Assembly (NCBI GenBank): GCA_963823035.1
Contig: CAWGKG010000005.1
Span: 183,056-247,055, forward strand
Length of the DNA: 64,000 nt
Reading direction: 5' to 3'
From: an uncultured Gemmatimonadales bacterium
Lineage (GTDB): Bacteria > Gemmatimonadota > Gemmatimonadetes > Longimicrobiales > Gaopeijiaceae
Shown: positions 9,783 through 21,438 of the stretch, in pieces
How positions within the stretch are numbered: position 1 is the stretch's first letter
How the letters are laid out: each line of letters opens with the position of its first letter
The notes under the pieces: generated by a model
The model's database searches: none
Seen by the model: only the letters and a program-made list of their open reading frames with translations
Told to the model about the DNA's origin: nothing
Program-made: the position numbers and the translations under genes

Positions 9783-12705
9783 ATGCGCCGCGTTCCTCGT
9801 TCTTCTCTTTGCAGTGCGCTCGGGGGTCTGGCCCTCCTCTGGGCCTTCCCGCTCCACGCCCAACAACGCTATACGCTCGTCGGGCGGGTGATCGATGCGG
9901 CGACGCGTGCGCCGATCGCGGGTGCCCAGGTGACGATCCAGAGCGCCGGCGTGGGTGCTCTCACGGGCGAGCAGGGCAACTACACGATCCGGGCGACCCT
10001 CGCGCCCGGCGCCTACTCCATCGAGGCAACGTACATCGGGCGTGAGGGGGAGGCGCGGCGGGTCACGCTCGGGCGCGACACGCTGGTCCAGGTGCCGGAC
10101 ATCCTCCTCCGCTCGAGCGCACTCGCGCTCGGAGAGATCGTGGTCACGGGCACGGCGGCCCCGACCTCGCGGCGGGCGATCGGCAACTCGATCTCGACGG
10201 TCTCGGGCGAACGCCTCGGCGAGGTGGCAGCGGTCACCATCGACCAGGCGCTCCAGGGCAAGATCCCCGGTGCCGTCATCACCAGCAACACCGGTACGCC
10301 GGGCGGTGGCGTGTCCATCCGGCTTCGGGGCACGAGCTCGATCGTGGGCGGGGCGGAGCCGCTCTTCATCGTCGACGGCGTGATCATCGACAACAACGGC
10401 GACCAACAGCTCAACCTGGGCTACCGCTCGAACACCTCCAACCGGCTCGCCGACCTCGACCCCGACGACATCGACCGGGTGGAGGTCATCAAGGGCGCGG
10501 CCGCCGCGGCGCTGTACGGCTCGCGCGCGAACAACGGCGTGGTGCAGATCTTCACCAAACGCGGCCAGGCGGGCGCCAGCACGATCACCGCAGCCACGAA
10601 CGCGACGTTCAGCCAGCTGGCCAGGAGGATCGACTTCGCGCTCACGCCGCTCGACGAGGCCGGCAACCCGGTCCAACGCTACGATCCGCAGGACCTGATC
10701 TTCCACGACGTGTGGAGCGGCGACAGCTACGTGTCGGCGTCGGGCGGGTCGATCGACACGCGCTACTACGTGTCGGCCAACTGGGTCGATCAGGTCGGCA
10801 TCATGCAGGGCTCGGAAAACCGGAAGCTCAACTTCCGCACCAACCTCGACCAGCGCCTGAGCGACTGGCTCCAGCTCGGCGTGGGCGCCAACTACATCCG
10901 GAGCTGGACCGACCTCCAGATCAACGGCGAGAACGGAACCGGTGGACTGCTCACTTCGATCGTGTTCACACCGACAACGGTCGACCTGACGGAGCGCAAC
11001 CCGGACACCGGCGAGCTGCGTCAACCAGGCCTACGTCTTCCCGAACCCACTCGAAGTCATCGAGAACTGGCGGACGGGCCAGGACGTGAGCCGCTTCGTG
11101 GGCTCCCTGCAGGCGAAGGCCAACCCGATCCGGGACCTCTCGCTCGAGTACCGACTCGGTTACGACCGCTACGAGATGGAGACCTACCAGTCCGTTCCGC
11201 GGGGCCGACCCGACGCGCCCTCCGGACGCGCCAGCTCTTTCAACCGCCGCAACACGTTGCTCAACAACGACGTGGTCGCGAGCTACGTGGCCGGCGCGGG
11301 GCCGTCGCTGCTGCTCACCACCACGGCCGGCATGAACCACACCTACCAGCGGGTCGAGCAGCTCGACCTCTCCGCCACGGACCTCACCCCGGGCACCCGG
11401 CTGGTGCGGGGCGCCGTGCCCTCGGCCACGGAGTCGCTGACGGAGCTGGTGACGCTGGGCTTCTTCGGGCAGGAGCAGGTCGCATGGAACGATCGCCTGT
11501 TCCTGACCGGGGCAGTCCGCCTGGACGGTTCGTCGACCTTCGGTGTCGACCAGCGCTGGCAGCTCTATCCGAAGGTGAGCGGGTCGTGGGTGATCTCTCA
11601 GGAGCCCGCCTTCCAGTCCAGCGCGCTCGGCGGTTGGTTCAGCGAGCTGCGCCTGCGCGCCGCGCTCGGTTACGCGGGCAATCAGCCGCCGCTGAGTGAG
11701 GCGTATGCCCGACTGCCGCGCTTCACACAGGTCACCAACATCGATCGTCTGGGACTGATGCCGATCTCCACGCCGGCCAATCCCAACCTCAAGCCGGAGC
11801 GACAGCGGGAGTGGGAGGCCGGGTTCGAGGCGTCCTTCCTGAACGAGCGGCTGGGCGTGGCCTTCACCTACTACAACCAGCGTACCGAGGATCTCCTCCT
11901 CCCGCGGCCGTTCACGCCCAGCGCCGGGTACTCGAGCATCCTCGACAACGTCGGCGTGCTCAGCAACAAGGGCGTCGAGCTCGAGCTGACGACGGTGAAC
12001 CTGAACGGAGACACGTGGGGCTGGACCTCGAGGGTGCTGTACTCACGCAACCGGAACCGCGTGGAGGAGCTGAACGTCGATCCGTACTTCGTGGGCTACA
12101 CCAACCGGATCGAGGAGGGCCAGCCGCTCGGCGCGCACTACATGATCGGCTACGAGCGCGACGCCAACGGGAACATCGTCGAGGACGATGTCGGGCCGGT
12201 GGCGACCGCCGGCCGCGTGATCGTCGGCGACCCGTGGCCGGACTACACCATGTCGTTCTCGAACGAGGTGCGCTTCGGCGACAACCTCAGCGCGAGCATC
12301 CTGTTCGACGGCTCGTTCGGTGCGGACCTGTGGAACCAGACACGCCGCATCATGGACATCTTCGGTGCGGGCCCGCTCTATGACCGCCTGCTTCGTGGCG
12401 AGATCACGCCCGCGTACCGCTCGCGCATCCAGGGCATCTGGGAGGCCTATCTGGAAGACGCGTCCTACGTGAAGCTGCGCGACCTGACCCTCCGCTACCA
12501 GACGTCGGCGGACTGGGTCCGGCTTCTCGGCGCCGCCACGGCCCAGTTCGAGCTGGTGGCGCACAACCTGTACACCTGGACCGGCTACTCGGGCTACGAT
12601 CCCGAGATCAACATGTTCGGGCTGAGCACGGTCGAGCGCGGAACGGACTTCGCCGTCTATCCGAACCCGCGCACGGTCGGGATCGGACTCCGGCTCACGT
12701 ACTGA
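9783..12705 (+). CDS. SusC/RagA-family TonB-dependent receptor #2 (frameshift ~11020)
   Basis: RBS AAGGAG; signal peptide; IDRVEVIKGAAAAALYGSRANNGVVQIFTKRG; ANPNLKPE; YSGYDPE; YPNPRT; joins ORFs 9708..11699 and 11086..12705. Confidence 0.92.
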
Positions 12706-12734
12706 CGCGTCGCACGAGACGAGAGGAGACAACC

Positions 12735-14031
12735 ATGCTCGACATCATCCACGGGCGCGGCACTCTGTTCCTGGTCGCGGCGCTGCTCACCGGCGCGTGC
12801 AGCCTCGACCTCACCGACCCCAATTCGCCCAACGAAACGGACATCGTCACGGACGCCAACGGACTCATCGAGGTCGCGCGCGGCCTCCAGGCCGAGTGGG
12901 GCAACCAGATCGTGGACCCGGTCTACATCGACGCGCTGGTCACGGACGGGATCGGCGCGATCCCACAGGCCTTCGAGGGCTATCGGCTGGTGGACGCGGG
13001 CGACCCCGTGTCCAACGACCTCGGCCCCTCCACGGAGACGTGGTCCGGGATGTACGACGTCGTCCTGGTCGCGGACATCCTGCTGCGGAACGCTCCGGAC
13101 GTCCCGATGGAGCCCGGAACGCGCAGCGGGCTGCTCGTGCTCGGCAAGCTGTTCAAGGCCATGGCGTTCGGGAACCTGCTCCAGGTCTACGAGCGCATCC
13201 CGCTCACCGTGGGCCTGGACAACCTCGACGCACCCTTCGCGACCCGCGAGGAAGGCCTGGCGGCCGTGCTCCAGCTGCTGAACGAGGCGCGGAGCCAGCT
13301 CCAGTCGACGGCGCTCTCGGACGAGTTCCTCGGCGACGTGCTCGAGCCCGGCCTCGACGTGGCCAACACGATCGACGCGATGATCGCCCGATACTCGCTC
13401 ATCAGCGGCGACCTCGCGGGCGCAGCCAGCGCCGCCGCCCGCGTCGATCCGGGCGTGCTCTCCGAGGCGCGGTTCTCGGCGACGGACGGCAACCCGCTCT
13501 GGAACATGTGGTACAACTCGGGCAACGCCTATCGCATGCGACCCGAGGACCGGTTCCGTCTCGAGGCCGAGGCTGGAGACGGGCGCGTGGCCTACTGGGT
13601 CACCGAAGCCGCGGTCGAGGGCTCCACCGAGCCGCTCGACGACTTCGCAAGGTACTCCGTGCGCGAGCACGCCTGGCCCTTCTATCTGCCCGACGAGATG
13701 CTGCTCATCCGCGCGGAGGTGCGCGGCGCGCCAGGGCGACCTCGCGGGGGCGCTCACGCTCGTGAACGAAGTGCGCACGCCTTGCTCGTCGGCAGTGGAC
13801 GAGCCGGTCGCCTGCCTGCCGGCACTGGCGGCCGACGACGTGGCCACGCAGAACGCGATGCTCGCGCAGATCCTGTACGAGCGCGAGTACGAGCTCTTCC
13901 TGCAGGGAGTGCGATGGTCGGATCTCCGCCGCATGGACGTGACACCCAAGTACCCGTTCATGATGGTCGCCGAGACCGAGTGCGAACGGAACCCGAGCAC
14001 GCCACGCGAGCTGTGCGGCATCACGCGCTGA
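12735..14031 (+). CDS. SusD/RagB-family lipoprotein #2 (frameshift ~13725)
   Basis: Lipobox LLTGAC, LTDPNSP, EMLLIRAE, then ERE-YELFLQGVRWSDLRR in ORF 13762..14031. Confidence 0.88.
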
Positions 14032-15091
14032 GGCGGGCGACGGGTCTCCTGGGAGCGTGCGCGGGCCTGGCCATCCAGGCCGCGCCGCTCCTCGGCGCAG
14101 CGCCGTCCGGAGCGGCTGTTCTACTACACGGACAACGAAGCGGCGTATCGCAGCCTGGTCGAGCACGTGGACCGCATCGACGTGCTCGCGCCTTCGGCCT
14201 ACAACGTGGACGAGAGCGGGGTGGTGTGGGGCGAGTTGGACACGCGCGTGCTCGCGCTCGCGCGGTGAGCACGGCGTCGACGTCGTGCCGCTGTCGTGAA
14301 CCGGGGCTTCGACCAGGAGGAGCTCCACCGCCTCCTGGCCGACTCGGTGGCGCGCGCACGCGTGGTGCAGACATGGTCGAGCTGTGCCGCCGCCACGACT
14401 ACCGGGGCATGCAGATCGACTTCGAGAACCTCTCGATCCGCGACCGCGACGCCTTCACCCGCTTCTATCGTCGAGGCGGCGACGGCGCTGCACGCGGCGG
14501 GACGGCAGATCAGCGTCGCCGTAGTTCACCGTCCGGACGCCCTCGCGGGCGCAACGGCCTACCAGGAGTGGCTCTTCGACAGCTGGCGGGGCGGCTACGA
14601 CCTGGCGGCGCTCGCGGAGGCGGGCGACTTCGTGTCGGTCATGACCTACGCGCAGCACACGCGGCGTACGCCCCCCGGGCCGCAGGCCGGGCTCCCGTGG
14701 ACGCGCGAGGTCGCCGGAGTACTTTCTGCGCTTCATGCCGCCGGAGAAGCTGTCGCTCGGCGTCCCGCTCGGGTCCCAGCACTGGTACACCTCGTACGAG
14801 GAGCGCATCACGCCCGAGCTCGCCCGCTCCTACAGCCGCTCCGTCAGCCATGACTGGGCCATGGGGCTCATCGAGCGCAACGGCGCGGAGGTGCGCTGGA
14901 TGGAGGACCAGCAGACGTCCTACGCGTACTTCCCCGTGGCGGGCACGTTCGAGTGGGTCTTCCTGGAGGACGCGCGCAGCTTCCGCGCCCGGCTGGCGCT
15001 GATCGACGAGCTCGGCCTCCGCGGCTTCTCGGCGTGGGTGCTCGGGCCCGAGGATCCTGCCATCTGGGAGCAGCTCGGAGGCGGGGCTTGA
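14030..15091 (+). CDS. GH18 glycoside hydrolase (YdhD/SleL-like subfamily); several frameshifts, start uncertain
   Basis: Pieces across frames: ERLFYY, HVDRIDVLAP, YRGMQIDFEN (catalytic DxE), GGYDLAALAEAGDFVSVMTYAQH, PPEKLSLGVP, LGLRGFSAWVLGPED. Confidence 0.8.
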
Positions 15092-15390
15092 GGTGCCACC
15101 TGGGTCGAGGGCGCGGGGCGCGGCCGCGCCCCGCGGGAGGGCCGAGACCGTAGCCCTCCACCGGCGCACCCTGGCGGCGGAGCCGGTCTAGTCGCCCCCT
15201 CGTGGTCCCTTCGGCCCCCTTTGTCGGTCTTCTCCTTTTAAGCGGTTCGGTACGCGCCCCCTCCTATCGTCTTCTCGTGGTCGGGGCAGGGGCTCCGGCG
15301 CGCGCAGGGACGCTCGCCGCCAACGCCAGGACATGCCGCGCCGAGCCGAGAACCGAGCAATGGATCCCGAAGGGAGACGGAGGAGGGGAT

Positions 15391-17088
15391 ATGACGAGGT
15401 GGAGGATGATCCCGGTGATCGCGGCCATCGCGGCGATCGCGTGCAACGGCGACAGCCCGGCGGGGCCCGGCGAGAGTCCGACGCCGGTGGCGGCGGTGGT
15501 GGTGGCGCCGGACACGGCCACACTCTCCGTCGGCGAGACACGGAGCCTTCAGGCGAAGGTCTACGCGGCGGACGGGAGGATGCTGAGCGGCCGGAGTGGG
15601 GCCTGGAGCAGCGACGACACGACGGTCGTCACGGTGGACGCCACCGGGAAGGCCACGGCACGCGCCCCCGGCCTCGCGATCGTGACCGCGAAGGTCGAAG
15701 GAAAGGTCGGGAAGGCGACGCTGCGCGTGCCCACGCCGGTCGTGCCGGTCGCGGCCGTACAGGTCGGGCCGGCGCCGGCGCTCGAGATCCAGATCGGCGC
15801 GACGACGCAGCTCGTCGCCCGCACGTACGCTGCGGACGGGTCGGAGCTCGATGGGCGCACCGTGACGTGGACGAGCGATCGCGCCGATGTCGCGTCGGTC
15901 GGCACGCACGGCCTGGTGAGCGGGCTCGCCGAAGGGGTGGCGAGAATCACCGCCACCAGCGAGGGCAGAAGCGCCCATACGCTGGTGACGGTGAAGGCAC
16001 CCGTCCAGGGCCCCGCCGTCGCGAGCGTCGAGTTGCGTCCGAGCCTGGTCGTGACCTACGCCGGCGTCGACGCACCCCTCGCAGCCACGGTGAAGGCGGC
16101 CGACGGCTCCGTGCTGTCAGGGAGGGAGATCGCCTGGACCATCGATGACGCGAGCGTCGCCACCGTGAGCGCCGCCGGAGTCGTGAAGGGCCTGCGCGAG
16201 GGCGAGGCGATGGTGACCGCCTCGGTCGAGGGCAGGAGCGCCACGGTCGCGGTGTCCTTCAAGACCACCTCGAGCTACCACCTGGCCTACGATCGGGCGG
16301 GACCGGCGTTCTTCTGGATGGACATGCGCACCGGCTCGGCGAAGAAGATGCTGGAGCACGGCTCGGGAATCCGCTCGACGGATCCGAGCCCGTCCCCGAC
16401 ACGGTCGGGCTTCGCGTACGTGTACGACGGCGGCGGCGGAGCCCCGCCCCAGATCGCCATCCAGAGCTGGGACGGCGCGACGTACCGCTTCCTCACGGCG
16501 GGCGACCAGCCCGCGTGGTCGCCGGACGGAACGTACATCGCCTTCCGCAGCACGCGGGCGGGACGGGCCGACATCTGGTCGATGCGCGCCGACGGTTCGG
16601 CCAGTGCCGTCAACCTGACCGCGGACATGCCGCTGGGCGTGGAGAGCGAACGGCCCGCCTGGTCACCCACGGGCGACCGCATCGTGTTCGCGGCCTCGAA
16701 CGCCCGCGGCGGCAAGGACCTGTGGATCATGAGCGCGGACGGTCGCGTGAAGAACTCTCTGACGCTGGGGCCGTCACAGGATACGGAGCCCACGTGGCTC
16801 GGCGACCGGATCGTCTTCACGCGTCGCACGCAGGCCGGCACGTCGGAGCTGTACTGGATCTACGTGAACGGCGCGCTCGCTCAGCGGCTCACGGCGGTCC
16901 CCGGCGCACAGATGCCCGCGTGGGCACCCGACGGGCGCTGGATCGCGTTCGTGGTGCGGGACGGGGACACCGGCCTCGGCGACATCTACGTCGTCCGCCC
17001 GGACGGAACCGACGTCCGACCGCTGTCCCTGCGGAGCGACGGTCCCACGGGAGGTGGCGCGAACCCGGCGTGGACGCTGCACGGGTGA
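15391..17088 (+). CDS. Lipoprotein with three Ig-like (Big_2) repeats and a TolB-like PD40 beta-propeller
   Basis: RBS GGAGG; lipobox AAIAC; repeats WSSDDTTVVTV / WTSDRADVASV / WTIDDASVATV; PAWSPDG repeats. Confidence 0.88.
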   Translation: MTRWRMIPVIAAIAAIACNGDSPAGPGESPTPVAAVVVAPDTATLSVGETRSLQAKVYAADGRMLSGRSGAWSSDDTTVVTVDATGKATARAPGLAIVTAKVEGKVGKATLRVPTPVVPVAAVQVGPAPALEIQIGATTQLVARTYAADGSELDGRTVTWTSDRADVASVGTHGLVSGLAEGVARITATSEGRSAHTLVTVKAPVQGPAVASVELRPSLVVTYAGVDAPLAATVKAADGSVLSGREIAWTIDDASVATVSAAGVVKGLREGEAMVTASVEGRSATVAVSFKTTSSYHLAYDRAGPAFFWMDMRTGSAKKMLEHGSGIRSTDPSPSPTRSGFAYVYDGGGGAPPQIAIQSWDGATYRFLTAGDQPAWSPDGTYIAFRSTRAGRADIWSMRADGSASAVNLTADMPLGVESERPAWSPTGDRIVFAASNARGGKDLWIMSADGRVKNSLTLGPSQDTEPTWLGDRIVFTRRTQAGTSELYWIYVNGALAQRLTAVPGAQMPAWAPDGRWIAFVVRDGDTGLGDIYVVRPDGTDVRPLSLRSDGPTGGGANPAWTLHG

Positions 17089-17096
17089 CCTCGAAC

Positions 17097-17130
17097 GGGG
17101 GAGGGCGGAACCGGAACCCGCCCTCCCCCC
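17097..17130. terminator. Hairpin between convergent genes
   Basis: GGGGGAGGGCGG...CCGCCCTCCCCC. Confidence 0.5.
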
Positions 17131-17199
17131 GGTCCTCCACCTTCAGCTGCCCGGACATGGCCACGAGCACGGAAGATCGATGACACGAGCCCGCCCCCC

Positions 17200-19654
17200 T
17201 CAGTCCCCCTTCAACACCTCCGCTGGATCGGCCGACGAGGCCCGAGCGGCCGGACCCAGGCTCGCCACGGCGGTGACGATCGCGAGGAGGGCGGCCACCT
17301 CGAGATAGGCCGACGCGTCCAGGAAGCTGACGCCGTACAGCCGGCTCCGGAACAGCCCCGCGACCACGCGCCCACCACGGCGCCGACGGCCAGGCCGACG
17401 GCGGAGACGCGCGCCCCGGCGAGGAGCACCAGGCCGAACAGGCGCGCCCTTCCGGCGCCGAGCGCCGCCCGGATGCCCAGCTCGCGCGTACGTTGCGAGG
17501 CGATGAAGGCGACGACCATCCACAACCCCACGGCAGCCAGCACGGTGGCGAGCGCAGCCGAGGGCCGAGAAGAGCTTCGCGCCCACCTCCCAGGGGATCA
17601 GGCTGGGGCGGAGACGTGCCGCCAGGGGCTCGATCGCGACGTACGGCATGGACGGGTCCAGGGCCTGCACCTCTCGCCGGACCTCCGGGATCACGCCTGC
17701 GGCTCGCCCCGCGTGCGCACGAAGAGGGTCTGCCCCTCCATCCCGCCCGGGATCTGGGCCGCGGCCAGGTAGAGCGTCTCCGACGGATCGGCGAACGGGA
17801 CCCTCGTAGCGAGCTCCCCGCTCGATGCCCACCACCTCGACGCACGCGTCGCCGATACGGACCCGCCGAGGCGGACGCACGAGCCCGAGGGCGTCCCCGG
17901 CGGGCCACTCCGCCCGCGCGAGGCTCTCGCTCACGAGGGCGACGGGAAGGGTGCCGGCCCGGTCCCGCTCGTCGATGGCCCGGCCGGCCACGACGTCGAT
18001 GCCGAGCGTGCGGAAGTAGCCGGGCCCGACCACGTCGACGAGCGCCCTGCCGCGGCTCCTGGCCCGACCGGCCCCGGGATCGAGAAGGTCCCATGTCGGA
18101 AGAGGTGGAAGGGGATCATCCCGCCCACGGTGACGGCCTCCACGCCGGGAAGGCGCGCGATGCGGTCGACCGCGTCCGCGACGCGGCCCGCGTCCCCGGC
18201 GCGCGCCATCCCGGGCGCGGCCATCCTGACCGTCAGAAGCCGATCGACGTCGATTCCGGTGTCGAGCGCGTGTACGGTGCGGAAGCTGTGGATGAAGAGC
18301 GCCGCCACCAGGAGGAGCACGAAGCCGATCGCGGTCTGCGCGGCCATGAGGCCGTGCTGGAGGCGGGAGACGGACACGATGCCGCCGGCGTGCCCGTCGA
18401 GGACCTCCCTCACGTGGCGTCCCGCGGCCCACAGGGCGGGGGCGAGCCCGAAGAGCAGGGGCGTCAGCAGCGCCACGCCAGCGCCCACCACCACGGTCCG
18501 CGCGTTCAGCAGGCCCGGGAGGGGCGGAATGGGGAGTCGGCGCACGCAGGACGACGCTGAGCCCCGCCACCGCGATCGCACCCACGCCCGCCGCGAGCGC
18601 CAGGAGGAGGCTGCGCACGAGCTGTTCCCGCAGGATGCCGCCGGGCGTCGCACCCGACGGCGAGTCGGATGGCCACGTCCCGGCGCCGCCGCACGGCCTC
18701 GGCCAGGAGGAGGTTGGCCACGGTCGCGCAGGCGAGGAGGAGAACGGCCAGGGACACGCCGGGGGCCCAGGGCGGGACGGGGCTCCGCCCCAGCTGATCC
18801 GCGAAGAACATCGTGCGCAGGGGGAGCAAGCCCACCGGGAGAAACGGCTCGGCCGCCGCCTACCCGCCGCTCGCGGACCGGCTGCGCGACGAAGGGGTCG
18901 CCGACCGGCTCGGGCTCGATCCTGGCGCGCGCCTTCTCCAGGTCGACGCCGGGTGCCAGCCTGCCGACGAACTGCAGCCAGTACGCGCCGCCTCCGAGCC
19001 TCCCCTCTCCGCCCAGCTCGGGCACGACCGTCGTCCCGATGGGGATCCAGAGGTCAGGGTCGCCGAGATCCACCCCCACGAACCCCTTCGGCGCCACGCC
19101 GATCACCGTCAGCGGTACGCCGTTCACGTCCACCGTGCCACCGGGAACCGAGGGATCGGCGCCCCACGTCCGCTCCCATGCGTGGTAGCTCAGGACGGCC
19201 ACGGGCGCCGCGGCGCGTCCCTCCCCGTCGGCCTCGTCGAAGAAGCGGCCGAGCGCGGGCGAATGCCCAGGACCGTGAAGTAGCTCCCGGTCACCGCCTG
19301 GACGTCGCAGGGGCTCGGCGTCGGACCCACGTCCGCGCGTCGCCTGGATGCTCCCGTACGCCGCCAGCCCGGAGAGCACGTCGGCGCGCTGCTCCCGGAT
19401 GGTCCCGAACTGCGGGTAGCTGGCCGTGGGACCCACGCCCCGCGCGAGCGGCGTCGTGGCTCCGCCGACGCGCACCCGCACCAGCGTCTCCGGATCCGAC
19501 ACGCCCACCGGTGGACGGAGGAGGAGGGCATCCACCACGCCGAAGACCACGACGTTCGCGCCGATGACCGAGCGCCAGGCAGGCCACGGCCACGAGAGCG
19601 AGGACCCGGACGGGTCCGGAAGGAGCGGGCGGTCGAGATGAGCTCCAGGCGCAT
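17200..19654 (-). CDS. ADOP/MacB-like duplicated ABC permease (heavily frameshifted; may be a pseudogene)
   Basis: IGANVVVFGVVDALLLRP, VLSYHAWERTWGADP, LTVIGVAPKGFVG, LLLACATVANLLLA...RRRDVAIRLAVG, VVGPGYFRTLGI, QRTRELGIRAALGA, PAARASSADPAEVLK; spread over more than 5 frame segments. Confidence 0.8.
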
Positions 19655-19698
19655 GAAGGGGTCCGGTCGGAGTGACGGAGATCCTCGCCGGGCCCAGC

Positions 19699-19716
19699 TT
19701 ACGAAGTCCTTCGTAA
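19699..19716. promoter_or_regulatory. Palindromic operator (8-bp perfect arms) upstream of the ABC permease
   Basis: TTACGAAG-TC-CTTCGTAA, 45 nt upstream of the permease ATG. Confidence 0.65.
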
Positions 19717-19781
19717 CCACGCAAAGCCGCGTCGCCTGCTCGGGTGAGCGCGGCCGTGGTCGACCGCCCGCGTCCTTCCGA

Positions 19782-21245
19782 CTACCGCGCCGGCGTCCTG
19801 CCGGGCTTCCCGGACCGCGCCCTGGACCTGGCCTGCGCCTTCGGCTTCGGCTTCTGCGTCTTGACCGGGATTCCACCCTTCTTCTTCTCGCCGGTGTCGA
19901 GCAGCTCGTTCGTCACGTCGCGAAGCTCCTCCGTCACCACGTCCGAGATGGCCAGCAGCCGCTTCCAGAAGGCCACGCGGGTCATGTCCTTCGTGGTGAT
20001 CGCGTCGGGATACCCCTTCGCGGGGGCCGCGTCGAACGCCCGTAGCACCTCGGACATGCCGGGCCTGGAGCCTCGCGTGTCGATGGTTCCGGCGAACCAC
20101 GTGCGCGAGCCGGGGAAGTGGGCCCAGGTCTCCGAAGTGTCGGGGTCCAGGTTGTCGAGGGAGCTCGACACGATCGATGTGAAGATCGCGATCCACCCGT
20201 ATTCGTAGTGGTCGAGGTCGCTCAGCGACTTGATGCCGACGTCGCGGAGGAAGCGACGCGAGAAGGGCGCGGCCCGGTTGTCGAGCGTGACGCCCGTGCT
20301 CTCGTCCTTGTCCCCGTAGATCGTGGCCGGGCGATCGTAGATCTCGGTGTAGAGCATGTTGCTCGCCCACTCCGCGAACCCTTCGTGGAAGGCCACCCAG
20401 GTCTTGGCCTGCCGTCCGTCGTGCGTCGACCCGTGCACGAGGAGCTGCCACGCCAACCCGAGCTCCCCCTTCGAGTGCTGGAACGCCCACGCGTGCATGA
20501 ACTCGTGCGCGAGCGACGGCGCGTTGAAGTGGTCGCTGCGCGAGTTCTCGATCAGGTGGACGATCCCGGTCTTCGGGTTCGTGTACGAGCTCTCGACTTT
20601 GTCCGAGATCAGCGGGTTCTCGAACGGGTGGCTGATCGCCACCGGCTGCTTGTCCGGGAACCCGCTGTGCACGCCGTCGAGCACGGACATCATCTTCTTC
20701 GCCAGCCACCAGATGTCGGCGTGCCTGCGGGCGACCCGATCGCCCAGGTCCAGTCGGCCGCCCGACTGGAAGACGAGGTCTCCGAAGTCGACGACGCCAG
20801 GTCCCCGTCGCTCCGACTTGTCGTCGTCGTGCACCACGTCGTACCAGTCGACGTCGTACGTGAGACGCGTGGTCTGGGAGAGCGCGAGCTCCAGCGCCTC
20901 CTCCGCCAGCTCCGTCGCCACGGTCACGCCGGTGACGGCCATCGTCAGCTTCTTCAGGATCCCGTCGTTGGGCGGATAGATCTTCAGGTGGTCGTCCTTG
21001 TACATGACGCGCACGCGGAAGTACCGCGGTGTCTTGTCCTTCTCCTTCGTCGCCGAGAAGCGTCCCTCCGGGCCCACGTACACGTCGGCCCACTCGTCCC
21101 ACGTAGGGTCGAGCTTGCTCTCCTTGGCCGACACCTTCACGCGCACCCCCGGGAGGGCGACGGTGTCACCGTACTCCTCCCGTGTCTCGGTGAACTGTGG
21201 CTTGAAGAGGATGCGCCCCTTCAGCGTCCAGGTCTGCTTGGCCAT
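19782..21245 (-). CDS. Uncharacterised gluzincin-like metalloprotease, no signal peptide
   Basis: Intact ORF, RBS GGAGG; LAHEFMHAW and downstream AFHEGFAEW (HExxH plus third-ligand E); Lys/Arg-rich C-terminal tail. Confidence 0.7.
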   Translation of the reverse strand: MAKQTWTLKGRILFKPQFTETREEYGDTVALPGVRVKVSAKESKLDPTWDEWADVYVGPEGRFSATKEKDKTPRYFRVRVMYKDDHLKIYPPNDGILKKLTMAVTGVTVATELAEEALELALSQTTRLTYDVDWYDVVHDDDKSERRGPGVVDFGDLVFQSGGRLDLGDRVARRHADIWWLAKKMMSVLDGVHSGFPDKQPVAISHPFENPLISDKVESSYTNPKTGIVHLIENSRSDHFNAPSLAHEFMHAWAFQHSKGELGLAWQLLVHGSTHDGRQAKTWVAFHEGFAEWASNMLYTEIYDRPATIYGDKDESTGVTLDNRAAPFSRRFLRDVGIKSLSDLDHYEYGWIAIFTSIVSSSLDNLDPDTSETWAHFPGSRTWFAGTIDTRGSRPGMSEVLRAFDAAPAKGYPDAITTKDMTRVAFWKRLLAISDVVTEELRDVTNELLDTGEKKKGGIPVKTQKPKPKAQARSRARSGKPGRTPAR

Positions 21246-21358
21246 CTCCCGCCTCCATTCCGTGGTGGTCGATCCCTTCACCCTCACGGCGATGGAGAGA
21301 CACCGGGAGTGGACATGGAGGGGAAGGGGAGCGGGCTCATGCCGGCCAGGGCCCCATG

Positions 21359-21374
21359 TACGAAGACTTTCGTA
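21359..21374. promoter_or_regulatory. Second copy of the TACGAA-N4-TTCGTA palindrome, in a divergent promoter region
   Basis: TACGAAGACTTTCGTA between the protease (minus strand) and TlpA (plus strand). Confidence 0.6.
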
Positions 21375-21438
21375 TTCAGCGTCGCTGGCCTAGCTTGTGA
21401 GGAAGCACCTTCGCGACCGGATGCAGGGGGAAACGGGC

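Noticed and set aside
9600..9783. SusD #1 ends Cys-TGA, followed by a hairpin and an open frame running in-frame into SusC #2 (possible Sec readthrough or fusion)
   Set aside because: The paralogous SusD #3 ends at the same Cys with TAG. A terminator-like stem, a promoter and a new signal peptide intervene. Open frames are common at this GC content.
8196..11024. Long antisense ORFs (also 4949..7387, 37345..40248, 50505..52208, 56024..57748)
   Set aside because: These are shadows of genuine high-GC genes on the opposite strand, with no motifs or RBS.
14265..14270. TGA inside the GH18 gene as a possible Sec codon
   Set aside because: Homology continues in a different frame (EHGVDVVPL), so it is an indel rather than an in-frame UGA. 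Both TlpA genes and osmC use ordinary Cys codons.
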